Shown: one piece after another, positions 60,242 to 61,662 of the stretch | Layout: the number at the start of each line of letters is the position of its first letter | Numbering within the stretch: the first letter of the stretch is position 1 | Assembly (NCBI GenBank): GCA_964529785.1 | Contig: CAZHAQ010000004.1 | Location: forward strand, 1-61,662 | Length of the DNA stretch: 61,662 nt | Origin: an uncultured Candidatus Saccharibacteria bacterium | GTDB lineage: Bacteria > Patescibacteriota > Saccharimonadia > Saccharimonadales > JACDBH01 | Direction of reading: 5' to 3' | Notes under the pieces: model-generated | Seen by the model: the letters and a program-made list of their open reading frames with translations, nothing else | Told to the model about the DNA's origin: nothing | Database searches by the model: none | Translations under genes and position numbers: made by a program

Positions 60242-60993
60242 GTTTAAGTTGAGTTTTAACTCCTTAAACGAACAGTGACAGAATAGAGAATAAATTCTGA
60301 TTCACATTTTGGGGTTAGGATGGATTGACCTTATTGGCTGTAAAGCTATTTATAGTAAGCAAGGTCTATCTATCCTGAAGACTGCCCCATCCGTCCAGAC
60401 CATGAATTGAGGACAAGGTGAAGAAGATGATGAACCCCATGCTCACCAAGGTTCTGCTTGCAGTCTTGGCGCTGTTTTTTGCCGGCTTCTTGCTGGCGAG
60501 CATCACTGAGAGTAACAAGCAGCCGAAGCTCTACACTACGGGAACAAGAGAGTGCCTGTCGTATCAGACTGGCGTCTACTGCTCAGAGGCTGAAGTCGGT
60601 ACCGTCCAGTTCGTCTCCAGCCTGGCTGAAGGCGATAAGATCTGCGTGTCGGATCATGTCAAGGGATGGAGAACCGAATACGAGGTCGTCAGCCTGCCCG
60701 AGAGGCACAACGATGAGTCTCGAATCATCTCTCTGATGGATTCATCCGGCGCAGTGCACGACATGTCCATTCACTCAATCGGACTGCGGGAGCGCGGAGA
60801 CAGCCCTTACGGGCTTCCTCCTGATGTTTACCTTCCATTTCCGAAGGGACCGTTCGTGTACCGGTACGTCTGTCCATTCCCGAACTGAGCTCAGTGGGGG
60901 TCCCTTTTCGCAGCCGCGATCACACCCCCAGCTCATCTATTTCTCTATTCTGTCCTTTACCTTAGATTTAAATTATTTAAGTCTGCGGTAAGG
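60242..60993 (+). other. Structured cassette C: same scaffold as A/B, enclosing a GC-rich ORF
   Basis: 5' hairpin 60242-69; 14-bp terminal inverted repeat GACAGAATAGAGAA (60277-90 / 60941-54); long 5' UTR hairpin ~60310-60389; 3' hairpin 60895-60930; abutting hairpin 60955-93. Confidence 0.65.
60418..60888 (+). CDS. GC-rich orphan protein with N-terminal signal/anchor
   Basis: GAGGAC RBS before GTG; hydrophobic KVLLAVLALFFAGFLLA; 4 Cys; hand count 34/60 G+C at 60481-60540 versus 20/60 in yajQ 61021-61080. Confidence 0.7.
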   Translation: MKKMMNPMLTKVLLAVLALFFAGFLLASITESNKQPKLYTTGTRECLSYQTGVYCSEAEVGTVQFVSSLAEGDKICVSDHVKGWRTEYEVVSLPERHNDESRIISLMDSSGAVHDMSIHSIGLRERGDSPYGLPPDVYLPFPKGPFVYRYVCPFPN

Positions 60994-61005
60994 TATAATG
61001 AATCT

Positions 61006-61503
61006 ATGGCGACATTTTCTTTTGATATAGTTTCAGATTACGATAAAGCGGAATTGAATAATGTTTACGACCAGGTTCAGCGTGAACTTATTAATCGTTA
61101 TGATTTTAAAGGCACTCCTGCAGCGGTTGAATGGCTAAATGATGATAAGACCGGTATTAAAGTAATTGGCAATAGCGACTGGCAGGTTGATGCGATATTA
61201 GATATTGTGCGTAAAAAACTTGCGGCCCGCGAGCAGTCCCAAAAAATCCTTGATACAACCAAAGAACCAAATGTCAGCAACCTTAAGACCACTAAAGAAG
61301 TACCTTTTAAGAAGGGTCTTGACCAGGAGAAAGCTAAAAAGATTACTAAGCTTATCCGAGATGAATACCCCAAAGTTAAAACCCAGATTCAAGGCGAAGA
61401 AGTCAGAGTAACAAGCGGCAGCAAGGATGACCTGCAAGCAGTCATGTCGCTTCTGCGCGAGAAAGATTTTGATTTTCCGCTGTCATTTACAAATTTCCGT
61501 TAG
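61006..61503 (+). CDS. yajQ: YajQ family nucleotide-binding protein
   Basis: SFDIVS, RYDFKG, QIQGEEVRVT, KDDLQAV, FTNFR. Confidence 0.95.
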   Translation: MATFSFDIVSDYDKAELNNVYDQVQRELINRYDFKGTPAAVEWLNDDKTGIKVIGNSDWQVDAILDIVRKKLAAREQSQKILDTTKEPNVSNLKTTKEVPFKKGLDQEKAKKITKLIRDEYPKVKTQIQGEEVRVTSGSKDDLQAVMSLLREKDFDFPLSFTNFR

Positions 61504-61554
61504 TTAAATTAGACCGCTTACGTTTTAATAGCTTGTTGGCTATACTATTAGCTA

Positions 61555-61662
61555 ATGACTGATAATAAAATGCCGAAAGACGACATGTCTGAGCTGATTA
61601 AAGCCATGCAGGCTGTTTTAGACGCCAATGATATGTCCACCCACACTAAACCAGCCAAACTA
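61555..61662 (+). CDS. Start of a hypothetical protein, truncated by the window edge
   Basis: ATG 8 nt after TATACT; open to the end (MTDNKMPKDDMSELIKAMQ...). Confidence 0.55.
   Translation, partial: MTDNKMPKDDMSELIKAMQAVLDANDMSTHTKPAKL

Noticed and set aside
52921-60954. MITE/IS or invertible-segment reading of the terminal inverted repeats
   Set aside because: No target-site duplication or recombinase seen, the repeats differ between copies, and conserved motifs lie outside them. Not fully excluded without empty-site or read-orientation data.

Overview
Chromosomal window from an AT-rich, compact bacterial genome. Gene content and organisation point to Saccharibacteria (TM7, Patescibacteria/CPR); this is an inference. 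Most of it is housekeeping and on the minus strand: recG, tyrS, PBP1a, radA, clpC, nusA, pepN, rnhB, rplS, malic enzyme, a PilB-like ATPase, dnaE, galU, gatCAB, uvrB, a pentose-phosphate/glycolysis cluster, ppa, trxB/nrdH, an ABC exporter, pheST and yajQ. I saw no rRNA, tRNA, CRISPR, integrase or transposase. The most unusual feature is a set of three related ~650-750 bp cassettes: two tandem non-coding ones (52878-53640 and 53658-54333, minus-strand promoters) and one on the plus strand (60207-60993) carrying a GC-rich orphan ORF. All three follow the same plan: near-consensus sigma70 promoter, a 5' hairpin with a G-UU-bulge-GAG motif, a 7-9 nt boxA-like linker, a long-range terminal stem enclosing ~560-680 nt of structured cargo, and an abutting hairpin starting CUU. 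Other signals: a perfect CIRCE before clpC, tandem NrdR boxes before nrdH, a terminator in the nusA leader, a candidate 15-aa peptide unit, and widespread leaderless-type promoters. All structures were read by eye; no folding or database search was run.
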